From assembly GCA_019058445.1 (NCBI GenBank), contig JAHPZA010000003.1, positions 516,919 to 580,918 on the forward strand: a stretch of DNA of 64,000 nt, given 5' to 3'. Below, in pieces: positions 28,332-37,996 of the stretch. Each line of letters opens with the position of its first letter. Position 1 is the first letter of the stretch. The notes under the pieces were generated by a model, which was not told the origin of the DNA, made no database searches, and saw only the letters and a list, made by a program, of their open reading frames with translations. Both the position numbers and the translations under genes were made by a program. The stretch comes from Promethearchaeota archaeon. Its GTDB lineage: Archaea > Asgardarchaeota > Lokiarchaeia > Sigyniarchaeales > SOKP01.

Positions 28332-29108
28332 ATGAGAATAATTGACTCGCATACCCATTTATTTAATCATCCTAATTATTTAGACAATTTAATCCAAACA
28401 ATGGATGATTGTGGAATAGAAAAATGTTGCATTAGTGGACTTGGCAAACTCTTCATGTGTGTAGATAATGGAGGATTACAAGCTGCTATTGATAAATATC
28501 CTAATAAATTGATCGGCGCATTTTATATTCGTCCAGGAAAGAATGAACCTAAAGATATTAAAGAAGCATATGAAAGTGGATTTAAAATGCTCAAAGTTAC
28601 CCTCCCACACAAAGCTTATGATGATCCCTCATATTTTCCTCTTTGGGAAAAGGCACAGGAATTAAAAATGCCTATTTTGTTTCATACGGGAGTAGTAACA
28701 ACCTTAAAAAAAGCTCCCGAAGAAAGAATATCCTCATGGTTTATGCATCCTATGCGAATTGAGCCAATTGCCAATGCATTCCCTGATCTAAACATGATTA
28801 TCGCTCATTTAGGAGTCCATTGGAATGATGATGCTGCCGAAGTAATTCGAATGAAGCCAAATGTATATGCCGACTTATCGGGAGCTCCAACTGGATGGCG
28901 CGTAAGGGTTGATAGAATTGGAATAACACACTGGTTATGGTGGCCAGGAGCATTTAAAAAAGTAGTATTTGGTTCAGATGTCATATTTAATCAGATTCCT
29001 CAAATTCTTGCCGAAGATAAAGCTCGATTGAATAAATACAACGTTGATCAAAAAACCCGCGAACTAATATTTGCTAAAAATATACTAAAGATATTGGGAG
29101 AGAAATAA
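28332..29108 (+). CDS. Amidohydrolase family (Amidohydro_2) metal-dependent hydrolase
   Basis: 'IDSHTH', 'PILFHTG', 'IIAHLG' and 'VFGSD'. Confidence 0.85.
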   Translation: MRIIDSHTHLFNHPNYLDNLIQTMDDCGIEKCCISGLGKLFMCVDNGGLQAAIDKYPNKLIGAFYIRPGKNEPKDIKEAYESGFKMLKVTLPHKAYDDPSYFPLWEKAQELKMPILFHTGVVTTLKKAPEERISSWFMHPMRIEPIANAFPDLNMIIAHLGVHWNDDAAEVIRMKPNVYADLSGAPTGWRVRVDRIGITHWLWWPGAFKKVVFGSDVIFNQIPQILAEDKARLNKYNVDQKTRELIFAKNILKILGEK

Positions 29109-29110
29109 GT

Positions 29111-29959
29111 ATGCTCAATAGGAAAAAAGAAGTTCATGAATTAATGCAATTAACTCCTACACAGGTAGTAGATAGAGCTGGTGATCATTTAATTGTCTGC
29201 GAGAATTTGGATGATCTTCACCATCATTTTGCTGAGAGTATCGCCTCAGAGATACGTAATAATAACGCTAAAAATATACCCACAAGATTGATTTTACCAG
29301 TAGGGCCGATTGGTCAATATCCAATCTTAGCTGAGATAATTAATAAAGAACGCTTATCCCTCAAATATATTTGGATATTTTTCATGGATGAGTACTGTGA
29401 CGAGAAAGGTAAGGCACTTAAGGTTGATCACCCGCTAAGCTTTAAACGGATCGCTGAAGAAAAGTTCTTAAGTCTAATAGGACAGGAGTATTTTCAGGTT
29501 TTTAAGAGAATTTTTATCCCCAATGAATCAAATTTAAAAGAATTATCAGAAAAAATCGAAGAAATTGGCGGCATCGATGTTTGTTTTGGAGGAATTGGAA
29601 TTCATGGACATGTAGCATTTAATGAACCTGAATCTGGAATTTCTAATACTGATTTTAGAAAAGTTCAACTCAATAATTTTACAATTACCATTAATTCAAT
29701 TCGAGCTCAAATTGGCGGCAATTTAGAGAATTTTCCAAAATGGGCATTTACAATTGGAATGAAACAAATATTAAATGCCCGAAAAATAAGATTGTATTGT
29801 CGAAATGGAACACCATATGATTGGGCGAATACCATCTTAAGAATTGCATTATTTGGAGAACCAGGAGATGATTATCCAGTTACTCATATTAGAAATCACC
29901 CCGATTATATGATTATTACTGATAATGATACATTAAACACTCCAAAAGTTAAATTGTAG
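29111..29959 (+). CDS. Glucosamine-6-phosphate deaminase/isomerase (NagB)-like protein
   Basis: 'FFMDEY', 'HPLSF', 'GGIGIHGHVAFNEP' and 'AFTIGMKQIL'. Atypical 'LPVGP' loop. Starts 2 nt after the amidohydrolase stop. Confidence 0.8.
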   Translation: MLNRKKEVHELMQLTPTQVVDRAGDHLIVCENLDDLHHHFAESIASEIRNNNAKNIPTRLILPVGPIGQYPILAEIINKERLSLKYIWIFFMDEYCDEKGKALKVDHPLSFKRIAEEKFLSLIGQEYFQVFKRIFIPNESNLKELSEKIEEIGGIDVCFGGIGIHGHVAFNEPESGISNTDFRKVQLNNFTITINSIRAQIGGNLENFPKWAFTIGMKQILNARKIRLYCRNGTPYDWANTILRIALFGEPGDDYPVTHIRNHPDYMIITDNDTLNTPKVKL

Positions 29960-30267
29960 AATTATTTATATTTTGATCATATAAATAAAAACAATGTCTT
30001 TAGTACTCTTTAAAATTTAATATGATCAGATTCTCTCATAAGGAAAATTAAATAGAATAATTTGGAAATTTAAATAAAACTTTTTTCTTTTTTTTACTTT
30101 ATTAAAGAAAAATATCTAAATTGAATATATCAATAGCTTATAAACTTCATTAAATATATAATAGGATATTTTTATATATTATTCAATTTCAAAAGAAAAT
30201 TAATACAAAATTATTTTTATTGAATTATAATATTTCTTGAAATTAATGGAAATTTTAGGGTTTATTA

Positions 30268-31131
30268 ATGGTTAATGTTCAAATTATATGCCCAGTCTGT
30301 AAAAAAAAAGGAAATATTGAAGTATCTGAGGATTCTATGAAAGAATTTTCAAGAGGAATTTTAGCCATTAATATTGCAGAAAAAACCATTTGTAAAGACA
30401 GTTTTGTTGCTTATTTAGACAAAAATCTTAAGGTTCGAGATTATTTTATCGTTGATTTTAAACTTGAACTTCCCGATTTTATTTCTGAAAAAGATAAGAA
30501 ACTAGAATCGGAAAAAAAATTCATTGTTGAAAAAATTCTAGATTTAGATCTGATAAAATATAATATGTCCCCAAACCTTTTAGCCTATACATTAAAAGTT
30601 ATTCTTCTGGGAAAGAAATTTTTATTAATCTTAGACGATCAACAGTCCTTTCTCATTGACCATCTGATAAATTTTTATAAATATATCACTCAAAACTCTT
30701 TTAAATATGAGCTAAATATAATTTTACAAAAAGAATATAATGATAAAAAAAAGAATTATAAAGATTACATAGTTTTTGATAATAAAGAGATAATTTATGA
30801 TAGAGATAAATTTTTAAATCCCAAAAAGATCGCAGTGGAAAAGAGAATTATTCAAAAGTTTATTGCTGAAACTGACCAAAATTTAAGTCTCTTAATAATT
30901 AAAAACGATATCCAAAAAGCTTTTGATTTGTCTAAATTTGTTACTGATTATCTCAATAAAGTCGAGTCGATAAAGAAAATAGATATTACAGAAATTTATA
31001 AGGATTTACAAGAGCAATTTCATACAAATATATCTTCGATTTATTTAAGTTTTTTACTTGAAATCGTTGAAAACTATCATAAGGTTGAGATCCCCGGAAG
31101 TTTAAAAAGACTATTAAAAATTATTTTCTAA
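30268..31131 (+). CDS. Hypothetical protein with N-terminal CPxC zinc-binding motif (Lokiarchaeia-type family)
   Basis: 287-aa ORF, 'ICPVCKKKG...ICKDSFVAYLDKNLKVRDY'. Confidence 0.7.
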   Translation: MVNVQIICPVCKKKGNIEVSEDSMKEFSRGILAINIAEKTICKDSFVAYLDKNLKVRDYFIVDFKLELPDFISEKDKKLESEKKFIVEKILDLDLIKYNMSPNLLAYTLKVILLGKKFLLILDDQQSFLIDHLINFYKYITQNSFKYELNIILQKEYNDKKKNYKDYIVFDNKEIIYDRDKFLNPKKIAVEKRIIQKFIAETDQNLSLLIIKNDIQKAFDLSKFVTDYLNKVESIKKIDITEIYKDLQEQFHTNISSIYLSFLLEIVENYHKVEIPGSLKRLLKIIF

Positions 31132-31225
31132 CATGATTTTATCTTGGTTTTTTACTTGTAAAGTATATTTAGTTAATCTTTTTTTATAAAAAATTTATAA
31201 TTTGAAAGAAAAAAAAATTTAGGAG

Positions 31226-31954
31226 CTATGTTTTTAAACTGAATTTAGTAACACCATAAGTAAACATAATTAATCCAGTAATCTTGAAAATAAATAACAA
31301 GAAATACATTGTTATCTGAATCTCCGAACCATATAATGCTCTTAAAGGAATTAGAACAGGTTCAATTACTAAATTGGAACCTATTGCATAAATTATTATT
31401 CCAAATGCTATAAGAAAAGACGATTTTCGCAACCCAGGTATCTTAATCCCTGTGTAGAAAAAAATTAGAGGTACAATTATCGCAACAATATTTCCAAAAA
31501 TACCAATTACTCCAAGCATTTCAAAATCTTCTGCAGTATTCACAGGATAAAAAAATTGAATAGAAGTAGCAATAATCATCAACCAAGCTAATAATCCTTT
31601 AAGTTTAAAGTTCAATATCTCTTTATCTATTGAATATAAAATAACAACAAAGCCAATACTAGAAGAAAGAGCGGCAAATTTCCATACGATTATATTTGGA
31701 TATAAATGGGCTTTTGATGTATCGAATTGCGTTAAATAAAAATCAAAAATAGCATATAATAATCGAGAAATGAATAGACAAAACATGAGTATGCAAATGC
31801 TTACTAAGAAATCAAAATTTAGAGTTCCCGTTTCTTTTTTTCTAATTCTTACCTTATTCAAGAGATATAATGTTAAAAATAACTTAACTATTAAGATTAT
31901 AATAGTTAAAATTAAAAAAAGATTAAATTCGAAAGTATTTGGTGAAATTATCAT
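31226..31954 (-). CDS. Seven-transmembrane hypothetical protein
   Basis: Seven hydrophobic helices counted by eye, with intramembrane K (TM1), R (TM2) and K (TM7). Confidence 0.7.
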   Translation of the reverse strand: MIISPNTFEFNLFLILTIIILIVKLFLTLYLLNKVRIRKKETGTLNFDFLVSICILMFCLFISRLLYAIFDFYLTQFDTSKAHLYPNIIVWKFAALSSSIGFVVILYSIDKEILNFKLKGLLAWLMIIATSIQFFYPVNTAEDFEMLGVIGIFGNIVAIIVPLIFFYTGIKIPGLRKSSFLIAFGIIIYAIGSNLVIEPVLIPLRALYGSEIQITMYFLLFIFKITGLIMFTYGVTKFSLKT

Positions 31955-32155
31955 AAATACTGAGTTATAATAGGTATATTTAAATATTTCTTATTACCAA
32001 TAATGAAAATTAGAATTATATTGTTATTTTGATCGTCATATTTCTTAAATTATCTTTTTATTTTGTTCATTTGAAAATTTTATTAAAGATATGAAGTATA
32101 AATCCAATGTTCAAATAAAGGAATTCTTAATTCCTATATATTAAGAATAGGAAGA

Positions 32156-32383
32156 TTATTTATTTGCTTTACATATCGCTACAGCTACATTTGAATCTGC
32201 ACATCCATAATAAAGTAACCATTAATCTTTGAAATATATTATTCCTCCAATAATAACCGTTCCTTCAGTGTATTGTCTAATTATTTCGTAAGGTTCCTCT
32301 AGGTTGAAAAATGCTTTTACAGTTCTAGCAATAAGTTGGGTAGGATCCTTTTTATTAAATAAAGCTTGTCAAACGCTATGAGA
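32156..32383 (-). pseudogene. Degraded C-terminal relic of a GH130-type (beta-propeller) glycosidase
   Basis: Manual translation: SHSV*QALFNKKDPTQLIARTVKAFFNLEEPYEIIRQYTEGTVIIGGIIYFKD*WLLYYGCADSNVAVAICKANK*. The 'LYYGCADS' and 'DPTxLIAR' motifs are present, with two internal stops. Absent from the ORF track. Confidence 0.75.
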
Positions 32384-32415
32384 ACAATCTTTTTTTATTT
32401 TTATAAGGTTTATAC

Positions 32416-35028
32416 TTATTTTTTTAATAAATCATATAATGAACCTATTCTAATTGAATCTTTAATATTTTGATCTGTGAATTCAGTATTGGAATCTAAT
32501 GGATTGAATTCATTCAGTATAATAATGCGCGATTCATTTGGTTCCATTGAGAAAAAATTATCCGAAGCAATAAAATCAAACTTATCAGAATCTATAAAAA
32601 CATAGAGAGCAATACCCTTACTTTTGATAATAAAGTTAAAAGTGTTAATCTCGTTGGAAGCTCTTTCGCATGCAAAACTCAACCCAGGATCGCTAATCTT
32701 GAAATGTTTTGGTGAATCAAACAACCGAAATCCGTGGTAAATTATTTCATTTCCTTTTAGCTTATCCCTTAATTTATAGAAAATGATATTTTGTTGCATT
32801 TTTTCCTTTTCTTGATTAATATCACTTACATCTATAGTTTCACATTTCAATGAAAAACAGGGAGATATTTTTGTCTCATAAAATCCCTTCTTAAGGATTT
32901 TACCTTCTGAATCCAGAATTTTCCATTCAAAATTTACTTCCTTTGGGATTGCCAAGTCATTTGTAATCCAAAATTCTACATTTTGTATATCTTCTTTTAC
33001 ACTAGGAAATAAAGGTTGGTAAAAACGTTTAGCATAATAATGCAGTGCCTTCCAGCGGCTAAAATAATCAATAGAACTCCAACTTGCTACAGGCCAACAA
33101 TCATTTAATTGCCAGTATAGTGATCCCATACAATGAAAATCATTTCGATTCCGGCGCCAGTGTTCTACTCCATATTCAATTGCTTCTGCTTGAGTAATTT
33201 GAGATAATATTACTTGTTGCTCAAATTTCTTAGGAATTGTAAATCTTCTTCTCATATATCTCATTATTTTTTTATTACCGGCAGAGTTTTTTTGGTGGTT
33301 TTTCATAATAGGAGAGAAGAAATCAAATTGTTCGGGTGGACAGAAAGTTCTTATTGTTTTTATTGAAGGAAAAGATTCAAATCCATATTCGGACATAAAG
33401 CGTGAATTAAATTTTCTATATTCACTAAAAGGAGCACCACCATGCCAAACATTCCAGAAATGTGAATCACCTTTATCAGGGGAATTTGGGTCCATATATT
33501 TCTTTTGACTGCTAAAACCAACACTTGAGGGTGAACTTGGCCAATATGAACGGGTTGAGTCATATTTAGCTATTAAATCCGGAAAACTTTTCTCAAACAT
33601 ATTTACATAACTGGATTTTAACTCTTGTATTGTATCTGAGTCATCGATTTTCGATATCGCGAGTAATAACTTCCATAAATATTCAATCTCATTGTTTCCA
33701 CACCATAGAGCAAGACTTGGATGATTTCTTAACCGTTTAATATTTTCTATTAGTTCTTTCTTCACTTCTTCACTAAATTTTTGATATTTTGGATATATAG
33801 CACAGGCAAAAGGAAAGTCCTGCCACACTAATAAACCAATATTGTCACAAATTTCATAGAAAAGATCAGATTCATATATACCCCCTCCCCAAATTCTTAT
33901 TATATTCATGTTTGCTCGTTTAGCTTGATTTAAGGTTTTTTCGTAGAGCCCTAATTTTTTCCCTCTTAGGATAAAATTATCAATCGGAATCCAATTAGCC
34001 CCTTTTGCAAAGATAGGTACTCCGTTTAACAGAAAGTAAAATGTTTCACCCCATTTATCAGAATTTCTTATGAGACGAATATCTCTAATCCCTATTTTTT
34101 GAGTAAATGTATCAATTATATTATCTTTTTCAAGAGAAACTGACAATTCATAAAGATTAGGTTCACCAAGATCATGAGTCCACCAAAAGTGAGGATTGTC
34201 AATATTTAGTTCAATATATTGATTTTTAGATTTAAGCATTGTGTTCTTTGATATTTTATTACCATCAGGAGCAGTCAAATTAATCTTTATGCTATAAGTG
34301 AGATCTTCAAGATCATCTTTATCAGCATCAAATTCAAAATTTACTCGTAAATTGACCGAATTTACCTTTATTGTAGAAATCTCTTCGGGATTTGTAATTT
34401 TTAATGGGTCCTTATTATATTTGAATGTTTGAACAGTATAAATTGAATTAATTTTTACACTATCATAACCAATTAGTTCTATTGGATAAATTGAGATGTC
34501 TGGTAATTGAGGTCCCCAATCCCAGCCAAAAGAATATTGTGCTTTTCGAATATATGGTACCCCTGGAAGTGCCTCCATACCCGTAGTTAATTTTATTCCA
34601 TGTTTTTTTATATCCTCAAGAGCTTTTATAGTCGGACTTTCTATTATTATTTTTAAGCGATTAGAAACTGTTTTTAATTTAGATTTAACCTCAAAATCAT
34701 AAGTAAGGAACATATTATCTGTAGTCCCGAGTAACTCATCGTTTAGATATACTTCTGAGAACGTATCTATCCCTTGGAAGCGAAGAATAATTTTAGAATG
34801 CTCTAAGAAATCGGGATTTACATCAAATTGAGTTTGATAAATCCAATTTGAATTATAAACCCATGACATTTTGTGCTCATTTTCGCCATAAAATGGATCT
34901 TCAGTAACCATATTTTCTATTAATGCTTCGAAGACAGAACCAGGTACTTCTGCATCAATATTAATTGATTTTTCTTCATTTTGTAATTTCCATATGCCAT
35001 TTAAAGTGATTTTTTCAACTTTTTTCAT
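32416..35028 (-). CDS. GH2 beta-mannosidase
   Basis: 'IRKAQYSFGWDWGP', 'KGANWIP', 'RIWGGG.YE', 'WQDFPFAC', 'WCGNNE', 'SEYGFES' and 'YWQLNDCWP'. ATG 35028 preferred over TTG 35040. Confidence 0.92.
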   Translation of the reverse strand: MKKVEKITLNGIWKLQNEEKSINIDAEVPGSVFEALIENMVTEDPFYGENEHKMSWVYNSNWIYQTQFDVNPDFLEHSKIILRFQGIDTFSEVYLNDELLGTTDNMFLTYDFEVKSKLKTVSNRLKIIIESPTIKALEDIKKHGIKLTTGMEALPGVPYIRKAQYSFGWDWGPQLPDISIYPIELIGYDSVKINSIYTVQTFKYNKDPLKITNPEEISTIKVNSVNLRVNFEFDADKDDLEDLTYSIKINLTAPDGNKISKNTMLKSKNQYIELNIDNPHFWWTHDLGEPNLYELSVSLEKDNIIDTFTQKIGIRDIRLIRNSDKWGETFYFLLNGVPIFAKGANWIPIDNFILRGKKLGLYEKTLNQAKRANMNIIRIWGGGIYESDLFYEICDNIGLLVWQDFPFACAIYPKYQKFSEEVKKELIENIKRLRNHPSLALWCGNNEIEYLWKLLLAISKIDDSDTIQELKSSYVNMFEKSFPDLIAKYDSTRSYWPSSPSSVGFSSQKKYMDPNSPDKGDSHFWNVWHGGAPFSEYRKFNSRFMSEYGFESFPSIKTIRTFCPPEQFDFFSPIMKNHQKNSAGNKKIMRYMRRRFTIPKKFEQQVILSQITQAEAIEYGVEHWRRNRNDFHCMGSLYWQLNDCWPVASWSSIDYFSRWKALHYYAKRFYQPLFPSVKEDIQNVEFWITNDLAIPKEVNFEWKILDSEGKILKKGFYETKISPCFSLKCETIDVSDINQEKEKMQQNIIFYKLRDKLKGNEIIYHGFRLFDSPKHFKISDPGLSFACERASNEINTFNFIIKSKGIALYVFIDSDKFDFIASDNFFSMEPNESRIIILNEFNPLDSNTEFTDQNIKDSIRIGSLYDLLKK

Positions 35029-35054
35029 AATAATCAGCAAAACTTATTAAAGAA

Positions 35055-35864
35055 TTAAATCCTAGAGATATCATATTTAAATTTACCATCATCAATAATC
35101 CAAGAGCGCATAAAGTCATTTTTCACTCTAGTATCCCATATATTCTCAATATTCTCAATTCCTTTATGGAGATCCTTGAGAAGTTCTAATCCTACAACAT
35201 ATTCCTCATGTGAAGGATAAATTTCAATATATTCCTGTTTTTCACATAAATTAATTAATTTAGATAAGGTAGAAAGAAAGTCTGGTAATAATTTTTTCTT
35301 AGGTAAATATGGAGTACCATAATGTGCGGTATCACCTGTAAATAATTCATTTCGATTGGTCAGTAGACAAATTGATCCCGGTGAATGACCGGGTGTATGG
35401 ATAACTTCAAGAGTAAGATCACCTAAATCTATGATATCTCCATCTTTTAACGGCTTAACAGAATTCGCTGGAGGTAGTGAATAATTATATTTCTCATACC
35501 TCTTGACCACATCTTTAGGAGAGCTTTTCAAAATTGAAATGTTAGTAGGTCTTGAGATTGTCAATTTTTCAATTTCATGTATATAAATCTCATCAAATTC
35601 ATGATTAGAGCCCACATGATCCCAATGACAATGAGTATTCAAGACCTTTAAATCTCTCTTTCCAATCAATTCATTAATGATGGGTTTAAGAGGAAATAAT
35701 CCAGCACCCGTATCAATTAATAATGCTGTTTTAGAGCCAAGGAGTAAAAACAAATTTGTATAATAACTATTATAGCGGGGATCTATTTCAGCTAATTTTT
35801 CGCGAATGATATACAAATCATCTTTATGTTTTATAATCTCAAACCATTCATTATGAGTAGCCAT
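35055..35864 (-). CDS. MBL-fold metallo-hydrolase
   Basis: THCHWDH, HTPGHS, TGD and PSH motifs. Confidence 0.85.
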   Translation of the reverse strand: MATHNEWFEIIKHKDDLYIIREKLAEIDPRYNSYYTNLFLLLGSKTALLIDTGAGLFPLKPIINELIGKRDLKVLNTHCHWDHVGSNHEFDEIYIHEIEKLTISRPTNISILKSSPKDVVKRYEKYNYSLPPANSVKPLKDGDIIDLGDLTLEVIHTPGHSPGSICLLTNRNELFTGDTAHYGTPYLPKKKLLPDFLSTLSKLINLCEKQEYIEIYPSHEEYVVGLELLKDLHKGIENIENIWDTRVKNDFMRSWIIDDGKFKYDISRI

Positions 35865-35950
35865 TAATAAAAAAATACTGAAAATTTATTTAATTTTATT
35901 TAATATCATGATGCAATATATTTAACTAAAAAATAAATATAAGAATAACA

Positions 35951-37321
35951 ATGGATCAATACAGACCTTATGGTAAACTAACGCAGAGAGAAAGAATAGG
36001 TTACGCTCTTGGAGCTGCTCCAGGAGGAGTTTTAGCCTATGTTTTCACTTTTAAGTACATCGAATTATTTTTCAACGATTTGAAGTTACTTCCTACGTAT
36101 TTCATTATTGGACAAATAATCTATTTGATAATTAATGCCGTAAACGATCCTCTTTTAGGGCAACTTACAGACAGGACTAATCCTAAGAAATGGGGGAGTA
36201 GGAGAATCATATATATTAAATATGGAGGTCCAATTTGGGCACTTACTTTTATTCTTGTGTGGTTTCCGTGGAGTTACGACAATCAAATCATTATTTTTCT
36301 CCACTATGTAATTAGTATCTGTATTTTCGATAGCATGTTAACTCTCGTTATCATAGCTTGGATGGCGCTACTTCCCGAAATGACAAATGATACAGGGGAG
36401 CGTTCTCTTGTTATTCTCATTGTTATACTTATAGGAATTTTGGCAATAGTTCCTGTACTATACATAATCGGCCCCATGAAACCAACTTCGCAGGATTTTC
36501 AAATATTAATGCTAATAATAGCGGTTGTGTCCTCCATACTAATGTTAATTGTCGCGAGGGAGTGTTTTGAAAGACCAGAATTTCATAATGACCAAATCTT
36601 TGCCTTAGGAGAGTCATTAAAAGAAACTTTAAAGTCGAAATCTTTTTTGATTTATACCGGCTTTAATTTTTGCAATATTTTTTTGGGAGGGATTGGTTTG
36701 AGCTACCTCTTTGTTTATGCTTTAGTATTAGGGGAAAATTTTGGAGAAGCAGTTGGATATTTTATTTTAATAAGCATTGTTGTGGCATTCATTTCAAACA
36801 TCTATTGTGCTCAATTAAGGCCGAAGTGGGGTATGAGAAAAATTGTTTTAAGATTTGGGATATTAAGGGCATTAGGTGCTCTAGTATTATTTGTAATTAT
36901 ACTCAATCCAGTGCCTTTATGGGTAATTTGGACAGGTTTTATTATACACACTTTTCTTGGAGGATATGGAGTTTTTTCAACTCCACTATTGTATTTATCA
37001 ATAGATGAAGATGAATTGAAGCACGGTTCTCGTAGAGAAGGTATGTTTTTGGGTATGAATGCTCTTTTTACTAAACCTGCATTAAGCCTCGGTCCAATCA
37101 TTGCTACTATTATATTAATATCATATGGCTACATTCAAGGTTCAGACAACCAACCCCAATCTGCATACTTTGGAATTAAAATATTGTTTTTTCTAGTTCC
37201 TGCTATTGTCCTTTTTATAAGTATGATATTTATCTATTTTCATCCATTATATGGAGAAATATTAGCCCAAATGGAAGAAAAGCTGGAAACTTTGCATAAA
37301 GAAAAAGCTAAGAGAAGTTAA
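35951..37321 (+). CDS. GPH-family MFS transporter
   Basis: 'NAVNDPLLGQLTDRT' and 'SIDEDELKHGSRREG'. Confidence 0.9.
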   Translation: MDQYRPYGKLTQRERIGYALGAAPGGVLAYVFTFKYIELFFNDLKLLPTYFIIGQIIYLIINAVNDPLLGQLTDRTNPKKWGSRRIIYIKYGGPIWALTFILVWFPWSYDNQIIIFLHYVISICIFDSMLTLVIIAWMALLPEMTNDTGERSLVILIVILIGILAIVPVLYIIGPMKPTSQDFQILMLIIAVVSSILMLIVARECFERPEFHNDQIFALGESLKETLKSKSFLIYTGFNFCNIFLGGIGLSYLFVYALVLGENFGEAVGYFILISIVVAFISNIYCAQLRPKWGMRKIVLRFGILRALGALVLFVIILNPVPLWVIWTGFIIHTFLGGYGVFSTPLLYLSIDEDELKHGSRREGMFLGMNALFTKPALSLGPIIATIILISYGYIQGSDNQPQSAYFGIKILFFLVPAIVLFISMIFIYFHPLYGEILAQMEEKLETLHKEKAKRS

Positions 37322-37397
37322 AAAAAATAAAGATAAGTTTTTTTATTATTTACAAACTCAACATATTATATAGGTTTTCAAACTGGTAGTGATCGAT

Positions 37398-37958
37398 TCA
37401 CATAGTAATAATATTTTGGACATTAAGGAAGCATGATTTTTTTAATAAATCCTTTAAGTCATCATAGCCATATGCAACTACAGGAAGTCTGAGAGTCTCG
37501 TGTTCTTTCTTATCAACAATTTTACCTCCTAAAGTCTCATAAAAAGCACGATAAGGATTATTTTCTAAAACCCAAACGAGCATATTATTAATCTCCATTT
37601 TTATTAATTCTTCTATTATTTTCCGAGTTAGAGCTTTTCCAATCCCTTGTCTCTGGTATTCTTTTAGAATATATATACCCATTAATTCTCCCTTATAATT
37701 TGGATGATTACTCCTTTCTAACCCTCCGATGGCAAACCCAACGATTCTATCTTTATCTCTTTCAGCAACAAAGAAGTTATTATCTTTCATCATAATCTTT
37801 AGTTGATTTTGCCAAGTTTTATGTTGAGTTCTAATAATGAAACTTTGGATATAATTGTCTGGAACCACTCCTTTATAAGCAGTCTTCCATGTTTCAACAT
37901 GAACGTTTATTATTCCCGTTAAATCTGAGTTTTCTGCATTTCTTATGATTATCTTCAT
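37398..37958 (-). CDS. GNAT N-acetyltransferase
   Basis: 'IYILKEYQRQGIGKAL' and 'N....FYETLG'. Confidence 0.88.
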   Translation of the reverse strand: MKIIIRNAENSDLTGIINVHVETWKTAYKGVVPDNYIQSFIIRTQHKTWQNQLKIMMKDNNFFVAERDKDRIVGFAIGGLERSNHPNYKGELMGIYILKEYQRQGIGKALTRKIIEELIKMEINNMLVWVLENNPYRAFYETLGGKIVDKKEHETLRLPVVAYGYDDLKDLLKKSCFLNVQNIITM

Positions 37959-37996
37959 AAATTATCTTTTCATTATTTGAAAATATTATTTTTAAT

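Noticed and set aside
29960-30267. Two TGATCA palindromes in an AT-rich intergenic region
   Set aside because: Too short to distinguish from chance, and no regulator gene is nearby.
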